The translations under genes and the position numbers were made by a program. A DNA stretch of 64,000 nucleotides, from the NCBI GenBank assembly GCA_963724295.1, contig CAVRUC010000007.1, forward strand, positions 96,001 through 160,000. Reading direction: 5' to 3'. Below are positions 33,545 to 46,077 of the stretch, piece by piece; within the stretch, counting starts at the first letter, position 1; each line of letters begins with the position of its first letter. The notes beneath the pieces are model-generated. The model was given only the letters and a program-made list of their open reading frames with translations, was not told the origin of the DNA and made no database searches. Source of the DNA: an uncultured Chloroflexia bacterium. GTDB lineage: Bacteria; Chloroflexota; Chloroflexia; Thermomicrobiales; UBA6265.

Positions 33545-34579
33545 GAGCCCAGCGCTAATGAATGGCAATGTGATGCCGGTCACTGGCATCAGGCCGACGT
33601 TCATGCCGATGTTGACGAACGCCTGGAAGAACAGCATCCCGGTAATGCCGATCGCTAGCGACTGACCGAGTCCGTCCCGGGCGACCTCCGAGACGTGTAG
33701 ACAGCGCCAGAGCAGGATCAAGAACATCAGCATCAGCGCCAGCATCCCGACAAAGCCAAACATGCCGCTGGCATGCGCGAAAATGAAGTCAGACTCCCGG
33801 ACCTTGAGCAATCCGAGCTGGCTCTGCGTCCCGCCTTCGATGCCGAACCCTCGCAACCCACCGGATCCGATACTGATACGCGCCTGAATCAAATTGAAGC
33901 CATCGCCGCGCGCATCGGCCTCCGGATTGAGAAAGATGGTCCAGCGGCGACGCTGGTAATCGGCCAGCAGAAACTCCCAGGCGAGGAAAACGGTGAGCGG
34001 CGCCGCTGCGCCGACGGCGATCCAGTAGCGCCTTCGCGTATGGGCAAGCGCCATGATGGCGACCCAGATGACACCGTAGACGAGGCTTGTGCCCAGGTCG
34101 GGCTGACGAAAGACCAGTGCCATTGGCAAGAGCACGATCAGCAACGAAACAACAAAATTGCCGAGCTCTCGCATAGCAGGACCGCGCGACGCGACGAACG
34201 ACGCGAGAGCCAGCAATGTGGCGATCTTGGCGAACTCGGAAGGTTGGACCGTCGTAAAGCCGAGGTCGAACCATCTGCGCGATCCGGCAATTTCGACGCC
34301 GATGCCGGGAACCAGCACCAGCAGCAGCGCGATCATCGCCGCGCCGTATATGGCCCAGGAAAGCGATCCGAGAATGCGATAGTCGATGCTGGCGACGACG
34401 AGCATGAGGACTAGCCCCAGCGAGCCGTACAGCGCCTGTCGAACGCCAAGATTGGAGGGGGCCAGCGCTCCGCCGCCATCAGCGCTGTAGATGGTGACAG
34501 CACTGAAACCCATCAGGATCACGGTGGTAAACAGGATATAGAAATCGAAGTCTTTCCAACCCCGCCCCAGTCGATTCAA
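33458..34579 (-). CDS. rodA: SEDS-family peptidoglycan glycosyltransferase RodA
   Basis: GSRRW, QPSEFAK, QPDLGT, NIGMNVGLMPVTGITLPFIS. Confidence 0.9.
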   Translation of the reverse strand: MNRLGRGWKDFDFYILFTTVILMGFSAVTIYSADGGGALAPSNLGVRQALYGSLGLVLMLVVASIDYRILGSLSWAIYGAAMIALLLVLVPGIGVEIAGSRRWFDLGFTTVQPSEFAKIATLLALASFVASRGPAMRELGNFVVSLLIVLLPMALVFRQPDLGTSLVYGVIWVAIMALAHTRRRYWIAVGAAAPLTVFLAWEFLLADYQRRRWTIFLNPEADARGDGFNLIQARISIGSGGLRGFGIEGGTQSQLGLLKVRESDFIFAHASGMFGFVGMLALMLMFLILLWRCLHVSEVARDGLGQSLAIGITGMLFFQAFVNIGMNVGLMPVTGITLPFISAGLSSLWTFLIAEGILQSILIRQRKLAFQPD

Positions 34580-34621
34580 CGTCGTTCTCTCACCTATCGC
34601 TTCTCGCTCAGCGCACGGCGC

Positions 34622-35410
34622 CTAGAGCACCGAGACATCGTTGATCGTGATATGGAACGCATAACCAAGCGCCTCGGCGGCTCGCCTGGACATCAGCATA
34701 CGGGGCAAAAAGATCTCGAAATAGTGCATCACCGGGGCGATCGAGGTGTCAATCTCGAGCTCGAGCGTGACTGACCTGGTGTCGGGATCGATGCGCAGCC
34801 GCGACGAGGTGGCGGCGAAATTGACTCTGTCATGCTGGTCGAACGTGGTTGGATCGGGGTTGCGGACCCGAGACCGATGCACATCTGCCTTGTCGGCGAG
34901 GATCAGGGCAGCGGAGACGGCATGCACGGGCTCCCCGATGTGCCCCTCGTCTTCATGGGAGCCGATCGCGCCCATCACGATCGCCGTGTCTTCCGGCGTT
35001 GCGCCAAGTCTGCGCAAAATTCCGTGGGCGAGCAGGGCGCCCGTGCGGGCATGATCGAAGCGGCTGACGACGTTGCCGAGGTCGTGGAGATAGGCGGCAA
35101 TTGCCGCGAGCTCTTGCTGCCGGCGGTCGAAGCCCATCCGCTTCAGGATATTGCGCGCGATGTTGGCTACCAGACCGACATGGCGGAATCCGTGCTCGGT
35201 GTAGCCAATCGCCCCTAAATTGCGATTCGCGTTCCGGATGAATGACTGAACTTCCGGATCGGCTTTCACCGCGTCCAGGCTGACGGATGCTTTGCCGCCG
35301 CTGGCCTGACCGTCGCTCGAGGCTCGGAACGGATCGACGTCGTCGCCCTCCACGGCGCGCGAGGCAGGCCGCTGGCGGCGGGAAATGGCAATCTCGGGTA
35401 CTTCAGTCAT
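34622..35410 (-). CDS. HD-domain phosphohydrolase
   Basis: GYTEHGFRH, YLHDLGN, LILADKADVHRSRV. Confidence 0.85.
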   Translation of the reverse strand: MTEVPEIAISRRQRPASRAVEGDDVDPFRASSDGQASGGKASVSLDAVKADPEVQSFIRNANRNLGAIGYTEHGFRHVGLVANIARNILKRMGFDRRQQELAAIAAYLHDLGNVVSRFDHARTGALLAHGILRRLGATPEDTAIVMGAIGSHEDEGHIGEPVHAVSAALILADKADVHRSRVRNPDPTTFDQHDRVNFAATSSRLRIDPDTRSVTLELEIDTSIAPVMHYFEIFLPRMLMSRRAAEALGYAFHITINDVSVL

Positions 35411-35613
35411 GCGCGCCTCGCCCGGTGGAACGCAATGCGATCTTCCTCAGAGAGTATAGGGAGAATTCCCGGGCACGGGCTTTTCGCGTCCGACATCTGC
35501 GCCCCAAATCCGGCGGTTGCTACCTCCTACGAACGGGTATCATGCAATGCCTCGCCGGGTCCGGGTGGCCGGTGTCGGCCTCGTCTTCCCGCCATAATCA
35601 GGTGGTTCTAGGA

Positions 35614-36141
35614 ATGGGTGGAGATCTCGACGCGGAGCGGATTCAGGTCGAAGCGATCGGGGAACCGGGTGATCGCCGATTCAGGCTCCTGTCGATTGTC
35701 AACGGCCAGACCTACGCGGTCTGGATGGAAAAGCAACAGGTCCATGCCCTGGGGTTGGCGCTCGAACAAATGCTTGCGCGCCTTCCCGACGCCGGACCCG
35801 TGCTACCTGTGACGCCAGGTCTTGCCGAGTTCGACCTTGAAACTCGGAAGCAGTTTCGGGTCGGCCGCATGGAGCTGGGCTACGACGATGACGAGGACCG
35901 CATCGTCATCGTCGCCCACGATCTGAATAGCCCTGAAGACAACGACGCCGCGTTCGCGTGCCGCGTGACGCGGGAGCAAGCGCGGGACTTGAGCGCGGAG
36001 TCCGCCGCGGTCGTCGCCGCCGGCCGGCCGCGCTGCACGATGTGCGGGGAACCGATGGGGCCCGGTCCACACGTTTGCCCCCAGCAGAACGGTCACTTCC
36101 GCCACGATCTGGAAGCCGTGGAAGATGTCGAAGATGTCTGA
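35614..36141 (+). CDS. DUF3090-family protein
   Basis: AIGEPGDRRF, MEKQQV..L, FRVG, VVAAGRPRC..CGEPM...HVCP..NGH. Confidence 0.85.
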   Translation: MGGDLDAERIQVEAIGEPGDRRFRLLSIVNGQTYAVWMEKQQVHALGLALEQMLARLPDAGPVLPVTPGLAEFDLETRKQFRVGRMELGYDDDEDRIVIVAHDLNSPEDNDAAFACRVTREQARDLSAESAAVVAAGRPRCTMCGEPMGPGPHVCPQQNGHFRHDLEAVEDVEDV

Positions 36142-36177
36142 AGAAGGGCCCTTTCCATTGCTCATGCGGGCACTGGA

Positions 36178-36207
36178 TTGACAAAGAATCGTCACATGCC
36201 ATACGAT
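36178..36207 (+). promoter_or_regulatory. sigma70-type promoter of the ilv-leu operon
   Basis: TTGACA-18 nt-TACGAT upstream of the leader ORF. Confidence 0.6.
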
Positions 36208-36252
36208 TCTCCGCACTGGTGGATAATCCGCCTGACGCGTGGTGCAGGATCG

Positions 36253-36339
36253 ATGAGATCTTTGTTCGCAAGCATCGTCATTTCCTCGGTAGCGGGCCTC
36301 GTACTTACGGGGCTCCCGGTAGGGGGCCGCGTGCGCTAG
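36253..36339 (+). CDS. ilv-leu attenuator leader peptide (28 aa)
   Basis: MRSLFASIVISSVAGLVLTGLPVGGRVR*; 11 Ile/Leu/Val codons; stop overlaps the antiterminator strand. Confidence 0.8.
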   Translation: MRSLFASIVISSVAGLVLTGLPVGGRVR

Positions 36340-36391
36340 GGAGGCCAACTGATCGGCGGAAGCCGAGAACAACGTAGTCGAGTTCCTGGGT

Positions 36392-36419
36392 CGGCCTCCC
36401 ACTGATGGGAGGCCGTTTT
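36392..36419 (+). terminator. attenuator terminator
   Basis: cggcctccc-actgat-gggaggccg-tttt. Confidence 0.85.
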
Positions 36420-36497
36420 GATGTCAGAGATCGAGGACGTGAACCTGAGAAGCGAGGGAACCCGGATTAACTGCCCGGGATCCCGGGGAAGGGGACA

Positions 36498-38246
36498 GTG
36501 ATGGCAGCGACTGGAACCGCAACACCGAGAACGACGCCAGGCGGGCGCGGCACAACGGAACGCCCGGTGCTGACCGGGTCACAGATCGTCTGCCGCGCGC
36601 TCGAAGACGAGGGTGTGGACACCGTTTTCGGATATCCGGGCGGGGCGGTGATCCCGCTCTACGATGCGTTGCCAGGCGCAGGGTTTCACCACGTCCTGGT
36701 CCGGTTCGAGCAGTGGGCGGCATTGGCGGCCGAGGGCTATGCGCGAGCCACCGGCAAACCAGGGGTCTGCCTGGTGACTTCGGGCCCAGGTGCGACGAAC
36801 CTCGTCACCGGGCTCGCCGATGCGATGCTGGACTCCGTGCCGGTCGTGGCCATCACCGGACAGGTTATCCAACCGTTGATCGGTCGCGACGCCTTCCAGG
36901 AAGTCGACATCACCGGTATCACGCTGCCGGTCACGAAGCACAACTACCTGGTGAACCGCATTCAGGATCTGGCCCCGACGTTCAAAGAGGCGTTTCACCT
37001 GGCGACGACCGGGCGGCCCGGACCCGTGCTCATCGACATTCCGAAGACGCTGTTCCTGCAACAACACGAGTACGAATATCCGGATACTGTCTACCGCCGT
37101 GGGTATCAGCCGACCTCAGTGCCGAACATGCGACAGGTGCGGCTAGCCGCCGAGGCGATCAAGAAGGCGCGCAAGCCACTGATCATGGCCGGCCACGGCA
37201 TCATGTTGAGCGGCGCCACCGAGCTGTTCCGCACATTTGTGGAGAAGACCGGCATTCCGATCGCGTTCACGCTCCTTGGGCTCGGCTCGTTCCCGGAGTC
37301 GCACCCTCTCGGGCTGGGGCTCATGGGGATGCACGGGCACAAACACGTCAACGACGCCCTCGACGAGTGCGACCTGCTCATCAATATCGGGGCCCGCTTC
37401 GACGACCGGGCTACAGGCCAGGTCAGTGGCTTCGCCCAAAACGCCTTCGTCGTTCACGTCGACATCGACCCGGCCGAGATCGGGAAGAATGTACGAACTG
37501 ACGTCCCTGTGGTGGGAGACGCCGGCGAAGTGTTGAAGCTGCTGATCCCCGAAGTCGAGGAAACCCGTCATGACGACTGGATGGCCTGGATCGACTCGCG
37601 GCGCGACCGAGCGCTCGACGAGGCGCTGGAGGAGCGGCCGGCATGGCCAGAGCCGTACACAATCATCAAGACCATTGCGGAGGCGACAAATGGTGAGGCG
37701 ATCCTGACTACCGACGTCGGGCAGCATCAGATGTGGGCCGCCCAACACTTCGGTTTCAACCACCCGGATCGCTGGATCACATCTGGGGGCCTCGGCACCA
37801 TGGGCTTCGGCTTGCCGTCGGCCATCGGAGCCAAGATTGGCCGGCCCGATCTGGAAGTCTGGGCGGTGATCGGTGACGGCGGTTTTCAAATGTCCTGCAA
37901 CGAGCTCGCGACTGTGGTGCAAGAGAAGCTCGACATCAATATCGCGATCATCAACAACGGCTATCTCGGGATGGTCCGCCAATGGCAGGACCTGTTCCAC
38001 GCCAAGAATTACTCCGAGGTCAAGATCGGCGCGCCGAACTTCGAGAAGCTTGCCGAGGCGTACGGCATCACCGGCATCACCGTCCGCTCCGATGCGGAGA
38101 TTCGTCCGGCAATTGAACGGGCGCGATCGATTCAGGGACCGGTACTGATCGATTTTGTGATCGAGCCCGAGGCGAACGTCTGGCCAATCGTCCCACCCGG
38201 CGCCGCGAATTCCGGGATGCTGCATCAGCAGCGGTTTGAAGGGTAG
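36498..38246 (+). CDS. ilvB: acetolactate synthase large subunit
   Basis: FGYPGG, TSGPGATN, DAFQE, GRPGPV, DVGQHQMW, GDGGFQM and NNGYLGMVRQWQ. Confidence 0.96.
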   Translation: MMAATGTATPRTTPGGRGTTERPVLTGSQIVCRALEDEGVDTVFGYPGGAVIPLYDALPGAGFHHVLVRFEQWAALAAEGYARATGKPGVCLVTSGPGATNLVTGLADAMLDSVPVVAITGQVIQPLIGRDAFQEVDITGITLPVTKHNYLVNRIQDLAPTFKEAFHLATTGRPGPVLIDIPKTLFLQQHEYEYPDTVYRRGYQPTSVPNMRQVRLAAEAIKKARKPLIMAGHGIMLSGATELFRTFVEKTGIPIAFTLLGLGSFPESHPLGLGLMGMHGHKHVNDALDECDLLINIGARFDDRATGQVSGFAQNAFVVHVDIDPAEIGKNVRTDVPVVGDAGEVLKLLIPEVEETRHDDWMAWIDSRRDRALDEALEERPAWPEPYTIIKTIAEATNGEAILTTDVGQHQMWAAQHFGFNHPDRWITSGGLGTMGFGLPSAIGAKIGRPDLEVWAVIGDGGFQMSCNELATVVQEKLDINIAIINNGYLGMVRQWQDLFHAKNYSEVKIGAPNFEKLAEAYGITGITVRSDAEIRPAIERARSIQGPVLIDFVIEPEANVWPIVPPGAANSGMLHQQRFEG

Positions 38247-38254
38247 GTGGCATC

Positions 38255-38818
38255 GTGAAGTCTCGTCATACGCTCAGCGTTCTGGTCGAGGACCATCCCG
38301 GGGTGCTCAACCGCGTGGTCTCGCTGCTGCGGCGGCGTTCATTCAACATCGACTCGATCACGGTCGGGCACTCGGAGCAGCCCGGGGTCTCGCGGATGAC
38401 CATCGTGGTTATCGGCCGGGACGAGGAAGTGGAGCAGGCCGGTAAGCAGCTCTACAAGCTGATGGAAGTGCTGAAGGTCATCGACGTCACCTCGTTGAAC
38501 TGCGTCGCGCACGAGATGGCGCTGATCAAAGTGGCGGCGAAATCGCAAACGCGCTCGGAGATCCTGCAGATCGCGCAGATCTATGACGCGCGCGTCGTCG
38601 ATGCCAGCCCAACGACGTTGCTGATCGAAGCCACCGGCCCGGAGACCCACATCGATGGCCTGTTGAACATGCTAAAAGCCTTCGGCATCCGTGAGCTGGT
38701 GCGCACCGGACCGGTTGCCATGATGCGAGGATCGACAACGGTGGGGGTCAAAGAGGGCGCTCGGGCGGAGCGTGAACTCGCTGTTGCCGGCAACGGCTCG
38801 ACGCCACACGCGAACTGA
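38255..38818 (+). CDS. ilvN: acetolactate synthase small subunit
   Basis: LSVLVEDHPGVLNRV..L.RRRSFNIDS, ELVRTG. Confidence 0.95.
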   Translation: MKSRHTLSVLVEDHPGVLNRVVSLLRRRSFNIDSITVGHSEQPGVSRMTIVVIGRDEEVEQAGKQLYKLMEVLKVIDVTSLNCVAHEMALIKVAAKSQTRSEILQIAQIYDARVVDASPTTLLIEATGPETHIDGLLNMLKAFGIRELVRTGPVAMMRGSTTVGVKEGARAERELAVAGNGSTPHAN

Positions 38819-38930
38819 GTTCGGGGTCGCCGTAACGGCGCTTCTGCCGTGAGGCAGGCGGACAACCCGGGCGGTGGGTCCGGAGGACAATGGCAGCGCA
38901 CGGCGCTGGAACGATCAAGGGAGAAGATGC

Positions 38931-39962
38931 ATGCCCGCGAAGGTCTATTACGAGAGCGATGCCGGACTCGAGGCGCTTCAGGACAAGACCGTGGCCGTCA
39001 TCGGTTACGGCAGCCAGGGTCACGCCCATGCTCTCAACCTGCGCGACTCCGGCATCGACGTGGTCGTTGGGCTGCATGAGGGAAGCAAGAGCCGGGCGAA
39101 GGCGGAGGCGGACGGGCTTCGCGTCACCTCGGTGGCAGACGCGGTGCGCGATTCCGATGTGATCATGGTGCTGGTTCCGGATCATATTCAGAAGCGTCTC
39201 TACGAGGAGGAAATCTCTCCGAATCTGGCTCCCGGCAAAACGCTGATGTTCGCCCACGGATTCAACATCCACTTCGGTGCCATCACCCCGCCGCCCGGGA
39301 TCGACGTCGCGATGATCGCCCCGAAGAGTCCCGGACATCGCTTGCGCGAGCTGTTCCAGGAAGGGGTCGGCGTTCCGGCTCTCCTTGCCGTGCACCAGGA
39401 CGCGACGGGCCGGGCCACGGACACGGCGCTGGCCTATGCCAGAGGGCTCGGATCGCTACGGGCTGGCGTGCTGGGCACCACGTTCAAGGAAGAGACCGAG
39501 ACGGACTTGTTCGGCGAGCAAGCCGTCCTCTGTGGCGGCGCCAGCCATTTGATCGAAGCCGGTTTCAACACGCTTGTCGACGCGGGGTACCAGCCCGAGA
39601 TTGCCTACTTCGAATGCCTGCACGAGCTCAAGCTGATTGTCGATCTCATCTATGAGGGTGGGCTCGAGTACATGCGCTATTCGGTGAGTGACACCGCGGA
39701 GTTCGGCGATTACTACGCTGGACCTCAGGTCATCGACGATCACGTCAAGGAAACGATGAGCGGGTTGCTGGCGCGCATCCAGGATGGATCGTTCGCCCAG
39801 GAATGGATCGCGGAGAACGAAGCGGGTCGAGAGCGATTCCTGAGTATGCGCGAGAGGGCACAGGGCAGCAGAGTCGAGCAGGTCGGCGCCGAGCTGCGGA
39901 AAATGATGCCCTGGCTGAAGAAGGGCCGGCCGGTCGCGGTCGCTGGCCAGACTGGAGACTGA
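38931..39962 (+). CDS. ilvC: ketol-acid reductoisomerase
   Basis: [36 protein letters not shown]. Confidence 0.97.
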   Translation: MPAKVYYESDAGLEALQDKTVAVIGYGSQGHAHALNLRDSGIDVVVGLHEGSKSRAKAEADGLRVTSVADAVRDSDVIMVLVPDHIQKRLYEEEISPNLAPGKTLMFAHGFNIHFGAITPPPGIDVAMIAPKSPGHRLRELFQEGVGVPALLAVHQDATGRATDTALAYARGLGSLRAGVLGTTFKEETETDLFGEQAVLCGGASHLIEAGFNTLVDAGYQPEIAYFECLHELKLIVDLIYEGGLEYMRYSVSDTAEFGDYYAGPQVIDDHVKETMSGLLARIQDGSFAQEWIAENEAGRERFLSMRERAQGSRVEQVGAELRKMMPWLKKGRPVAVAGQTGD

Positions 39963-39965
39963 GCG

Positions 39966-41552
<1,587 letters not shown>

Positions 41553-41610
41553 GACTCGATAACCCGTCGTCAATGGACGGTGCAGGTGCATCGCGTCGAG
41601 GAAATCAACC

Positions 41611-43027
41611 GTGCGTGTGAACAGCAATCCGAGAACGCTAAGTGAAAAACTCTGGGATCGTCACCTGGTGCACGAAGCACCGGGAGAGCATGACCTGCTC
41701 TATATCGACATGCACCTCGTGCATGAGGTCACCTCACCGCAGGCGTTTGACGGCCTGCGCGCGGCGGAGCCGACCGGTGCGGCGCCCGGACCTGACGATC
41801 GCCACTGCCGACCACAACGTGCCCACCATTCACCTCGAGCGGCCGATTGAGGACCCCATCTCGGCAACGCAGCTGGCGGCCCTCGATGCAAATTGTGGCG
41901 CCTTCGGAGTCCGGCTCTACCCGCTAGCCCACCCCGGGCAAGGAATCGTCCACGTTATCGGTCCGGAGCAAGGCTTGACTCTGCCCGGGATGACGATCGT
42001 CTGTGGCGACAGCCATACCTCGACCCATGGCGCCTTCGGCGCCCTCGCGTTCGGCATAGGCACCAGCGAAGTCGAGCACGTGCTGGCGACCCAGACGCTG
42101 CCGCAGGTTCGTCCCAAGACCATGGCCATTACAGTCGACGGGGAATTGCAGCCTGGGGTTACCGCGAAGGATGTCATTCTGGCCATCATCGGCGAGATCG
42201 GCACCGGTGGCGGGATCGGCCACATCATCGAATACCGAGGATCGACGATTCGATCGCTCTCGATGGAAGGCCGCATGACCGTCTGCAACATGTCGATCGA
42301 GGCGGGAGCCAAGGCCGGGATGATCGCTCCGGATGAGACGACCTTCGCCTATGTCGAAGGTCGCCCGCACGCGCCAACAGGCGCGCTCTGGGAGCAAGCA
42401 CTGGACGACTGGAGGACGTTGCCGACCGATGAAGGCGCGGTCTTCGACCGCGAGGTAGTCCTCGACGGCGCCGCGATCCGGCCGCATGTCTCGTGGGGCA
42501 CCAACCCGGGACAGGTCGTCCCGATCGACGGGGCCGTACCGCATCCGGAGGCGATCGAGGATCCGGGTGCTCGTGAGGTCGCCAGTCGCGCGCTGCGCTA
42601 CATGGGACTCGAGCCCGGAACCCCGATGCGCGAGATTCCGGTCGATACCGTATTCATCGGTTCCTGCACGAACAGCCGAATCGAGGATCTCCGTCTGGCC
42701 GCCACTGTCGTCGCCGGCCGCAAGGTTCAACCGACTGTGCGGGCGATGGTCGTACCCGGTTCGATGCGCGTGCGCGCCCAGGCGGAATCGGAAGGTCTCG
42801 ACCTCATCTTCAAGGATGCCGGGTTCGAATGGCGTGCCGCGGGTTGCTCGATGTGCCTGGGCATGAACCCCGACAAGCTGCGACCCGGCGAGCGGTGCGC
42901 GTCGACGTCGAACCGAAATTTCGAGGGCCGTCAAGGTCCGGGTGGACGAACGCATCTGGTCTCGCCCGCCGTGGCGGCCGCTACGGCGATCGCCGGAACG
43001 TTCGCGACGCCGGCCGAACTGGGGTAA
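41611..43027 (+). CDS. leuC: 3-isopropylmalate dehydratase large subunit (frameshift near 41765)
   Basis: [17 protein letters not shown] in 41611..41850; [22 protein letters not shown] and [12 protein letters not shown] downstream. Confidence 0.95.
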
Positions 43028-43031
43028 TGCA

Positions 43032-43634
43032 ATGGAGCCAATTCGAGTCATCCGCGGCACTGCGGCGCCATTGGATCGAAGCGACGTCGACACGGACCAG
43101 ATCATCCCGGCATCATGGCTGAAGCGCGTCGAGCGGACCGGGTTCGGCGTCGGGTGTTTTTCCGCCTGGCGAGAGAGCGACCCGGATTTCGTGCTCAACC
43201 GCCCCGAGTTCAGCGAGGCCAGCATCCTCGTTACCGGTCCTAACTTCGGCATTGGCTCATCGCGCGAGCATGCCGTCTGGGCTCTTACCGACTATGGCTT
43301 TCGAGCCGTGATCTCGCCCCGGTTCGGCGACATCTTTCGCAACAATGCGACCAAGTCGGGTCTGGTGCCGATCACCGTCTCACCCGAGTTTGGCGAGGCG
43401 CTGTTGCGCGCCGTGGAGCGAGATCCTCAGCTCGAAATACTCATCGACGTTGCCGAGCGGTGGATCTCCGCGCCGGCGGTCGGGCTCGATGAATCGTTTC
43501 CGCTCGACGACTTCACGCAGTATCGGTTACTCGAGGGATTGGACGACATCGGTCTGACCTTGCGCCATGAGGACAAGATCGCCGAATTCGAGTCGCGTCG
43601 CCCGAAGTGGTTGCCGAGAGTGATCACGGCCTGA
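43032..43634 (+). CDS. leuD: 3-isopropylmalate dehydratase small subunit
   Basis: DVDTDQIIP, NFGIGSSREHA, LLEGLDDI. Confidence 0.96.
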   Translation: MEPIRVIRGTAAPLDRSDVDTDQIIPASWLKRVERTGFGVGCFSAWRESDPDFVLNRPEFSEASILVTGPNFGIGSSREHAVWALTDYGFRAVISPRFGDIFRNNATKSGLVPITVSPEFGEALLRAVERDPQLEILIDVAERWISAPAVGLDESFPLDDFTQYRLLEGLDDIGLTLRHEDKIAEFESRRPKWLPRVITA

Positions 43635-43721
43635 TCGCCTGAATCTCGGATTCTCATGGCCACGGATTCGACGCCTCGGAACATGTCCTGAATCGATGGT
43701 GACTCGCCTCATGCGGAGGAC

Positions 43722-44829
43722 ATGCGGCTGATGCCGAGAATCGTGCTGTTCCCTGGTGACGGCGTTGGACCGGAGGTGGTGGCTGAGGCGATCAAAGTCC
43801 TCGCCGCTGTCGAACGCCGCTTCGGTTATCGGTTCGAGATCGAATCACACGCCATCGGCGGTGACGCTCTCGATCGATTCGGGATTCCGCTGCGAACGGA
43901 GGACATCGAATCGGCCCGTCGCGCCGACGCGGCGCTCCTGGGCGCGGTAGGCGGCCCAAAATGGGACGCCGTCGAGCCGTCACTTCGCCCCGAGCGGGGA
44001 CTCTTGCAGATCAGAAAAGAGCTCGGGCTCTTCGCGAACCTGCGTCCAGTCAGTGTGCTTTCCGCTCTGGCCGCGTCATCGCCGCTCAGGCCGGAGATCG
44101 TGGCTAACGTCGATCTTCTCGTCGTGCGAGAGCTTACGGGTGGGATCTATTTCGGTGAGCCGTCGCGCCGCTGGACAGACGATCATGGCCGCGCCGCCGT
44201 CGACACTTTGATCTACCGGGAGCACGAGATCGAGCGCATCGTGCGGCTCGCCTTCGAGCTTGCCGGATCCCGGCGCGGGCGCCTGGCCAGCGTCGACAAG
44301 TCGAACGTCCTGCAGTCATCTCGGCTTTGGCGTGAGATCGTGATCGAGGTCGCCACGGAATTCCCGCATGTGCAGCTGCAGCATGTTCTGGTTGATGCGA
44401 TGGCCATGCACCTGATCAAGAGCCCCGGCGAGTTCGACGTGATCGTGACGGAAAACATGTTCGGCGACATCCTCACCGATGAGGCGTCGGTGATCCCCGG
44501 CTCGATCGGCCTCCTGCCGTCGGCCAGCCTCAGCGACAGGACGGGGACCGCGCCCGGTACGCGGTTCGGCCTTTACGAGCCGATCCACGGCAGTGCTCCT
44601 GACATTGCGGGGCGGGGAAAAGCGAACCCGGCGGGAGCGATTCTCTCCGCCGCGCTGATGCTGCGGTGGTCATTCGCACTCGGCGACCGCCGCTGGCGCC
44701 ATTGAACGAGCCGTCCTCGACACGATCGGGGCGGGCGTGCGGACGCCAGACATTGCCCAGGATGGAAGTAGTCCGGTGAGCACGAGCGAGTTTGGCAATG
44801 AAGTAGCGCGTCGCGTCGAAGCGCTCTAG
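43722..44829 (+). CDS. leuB: 3-isopropylmalate dehydrogenase (frameshift near 44690)
   Basis: GDGVGPEV, VRELTGGIYFG, NMFGDILTD and EPIHGSAPDIAG; C-terminus AIERAV..GVRTPDI...EAL* in the shifted frame. Confidence 0.95.
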
Positions 44830-44841
44830 CGTACAGCGGAC

Positions 44842-45516
44842 TCAACCGCCAAACGGGATTGCGGCGTAGGTCACAAGCTCCGGATACGCTTCATCCGGGT
44901 CGAGCGTCACGATCTCGGCTTCCGCGATGGCGAGCTCGCCGAATACCTCGTTTCTCCAGGGTGCAAGTACCGATTGCGCATCATCATGCGGCGTCGTTCC
45001 GTCGTAGTGAGCAATCGTGCAGTGTGGCAGATAGGAATACGACGGGACCGTCGGCAAGGCCGCCAGGTCGAACAACCGGTCGTGAAGCCGGGTGAGTGGG
45101 CCACTTCTCCGCACCTCGAGGAACGCGGCATCCTGAAACGAGTTCGCGCCGCCGAGTGTGACCGAGAAGGCGCGCGTGCTGGAGATTGGCTCGACGACCG
45201 TCTGCGCGAACTCTTCCAGCCGGGCTGGGCTGATCTCGTCTCGGTGACGTGGGGTCTCGGCCACAAAACCGAGCTCCTGAAGCATGATGTGGAGGAAATG
45301 ATCCGGGTGCAGCCGAACGCCATCGAGCTCTGCCAGGTTCCGGCGTAAGACCGACAGATTCGGCCCTAGAGCCTCGGCGGGAACGCGAATGATACACGCC
45401 GCATACGGATCGCTATGCGCGCGCCAGTGCGCCGTATCGTGCCGCCCGTCAATCGTCGACTCGCTCCGTTGGAACGCCTCCCAGACACGTTGGAAGGTGA
45501 TAGACAAGCGGTCCAC
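44842..45516 (-). CDS. 2H phosphoesterase (2'-5' RNA ligase family)
   Basis: Two spaced His motifs, LHIML and PHCTI. Confidence 0.75.
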   Translation of the reverse strand: MDRLSITFQRVWEAFQRSESTIDGRHDTAHWRAHSDPYAACIIRVPAEALGPNLSVLRRNLAELDGVRLHPDHFLHIMLQELGFVAETPRHRDEISPARLEEFAQTVVEPISSTRAFSVTLGGANSFQDAAFLEVRRSGPLTRLHDRLFDLAALPTVPSYSYLPHCTIAHYDGTTPHDDAQSVLAPWRNEVFGELAIAEAEIVTLDPDEAYPELVTYAAIPFGG

Positions 45517-45540
45517 GAGTCGCGGAGCCTCGTTCCCGCG

Positions 45541-46014
45541 CTATCGTTCGATGCGAACGACGCGCAGGCGCGTCTCGCCGTGTGGCGCCACGGCTACCGT
45601 CTCCTCTCCGGGTCGCAGGCCTAGCAGAGCCCGTCCGACGGGAGACTCGTTAGAAATGAGCCCCTGGGCCGGTTTCGCTTCGATCGCGCCCACGATGGTG
45701 TAGCGCTCTTCCTCGCCTTCGACGTCGACCACGACGGTCGAGCCGATGCGAACCTCGTCGCCGGCCGTCTCGTCGTCGTCCTCGATGATCACGGCCTGAC
45801 GAAGCAGGGCATCCAGGTCGGCGATTCGCTTCTCGGTCATCGCCTGGTCGTGTTTTGCCGCGTCGTACCCGGCGTTCTCTCGCAGGTCACCGTGGGATCG
45901 TGCCTCAGCAAGCGCCGCGACGACGGCTGGCCGGCGCACTTCCTTTAGCTCTTTGAGTTCCGAGCGCAACCGCTCGAGACCCTCACGGGTTACGGGAACC
46001 TGTCTTGTCGTCAT
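45541..46014 (-). CDS. greA: transcription elongation factor GreA
   Basis: ARSHGDLRENAGYDAAK, ISNESPVGRALLG. Confidence 0.96.
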   Translation of the reverse strand: MTTRQVPVTREGLERLRSELKELKEVRRPAVVAALAEARSHGDLRENAGYDAAKHDQAMTEKRIADLDALLRQAVIIEDDDETAGDEVRIGSTVVVDVEGEEERYTIVGAIEAKPAQGLISNESPVGRALLGLRPGEETVAVAPHGETRLRVVRIER

Positions 46015-46077
46015 CAGAAGACTCCGAACTGAAACGCGCTCTGCGCGTCTGGATCAATCGACAACCGCGCCGGTAGA

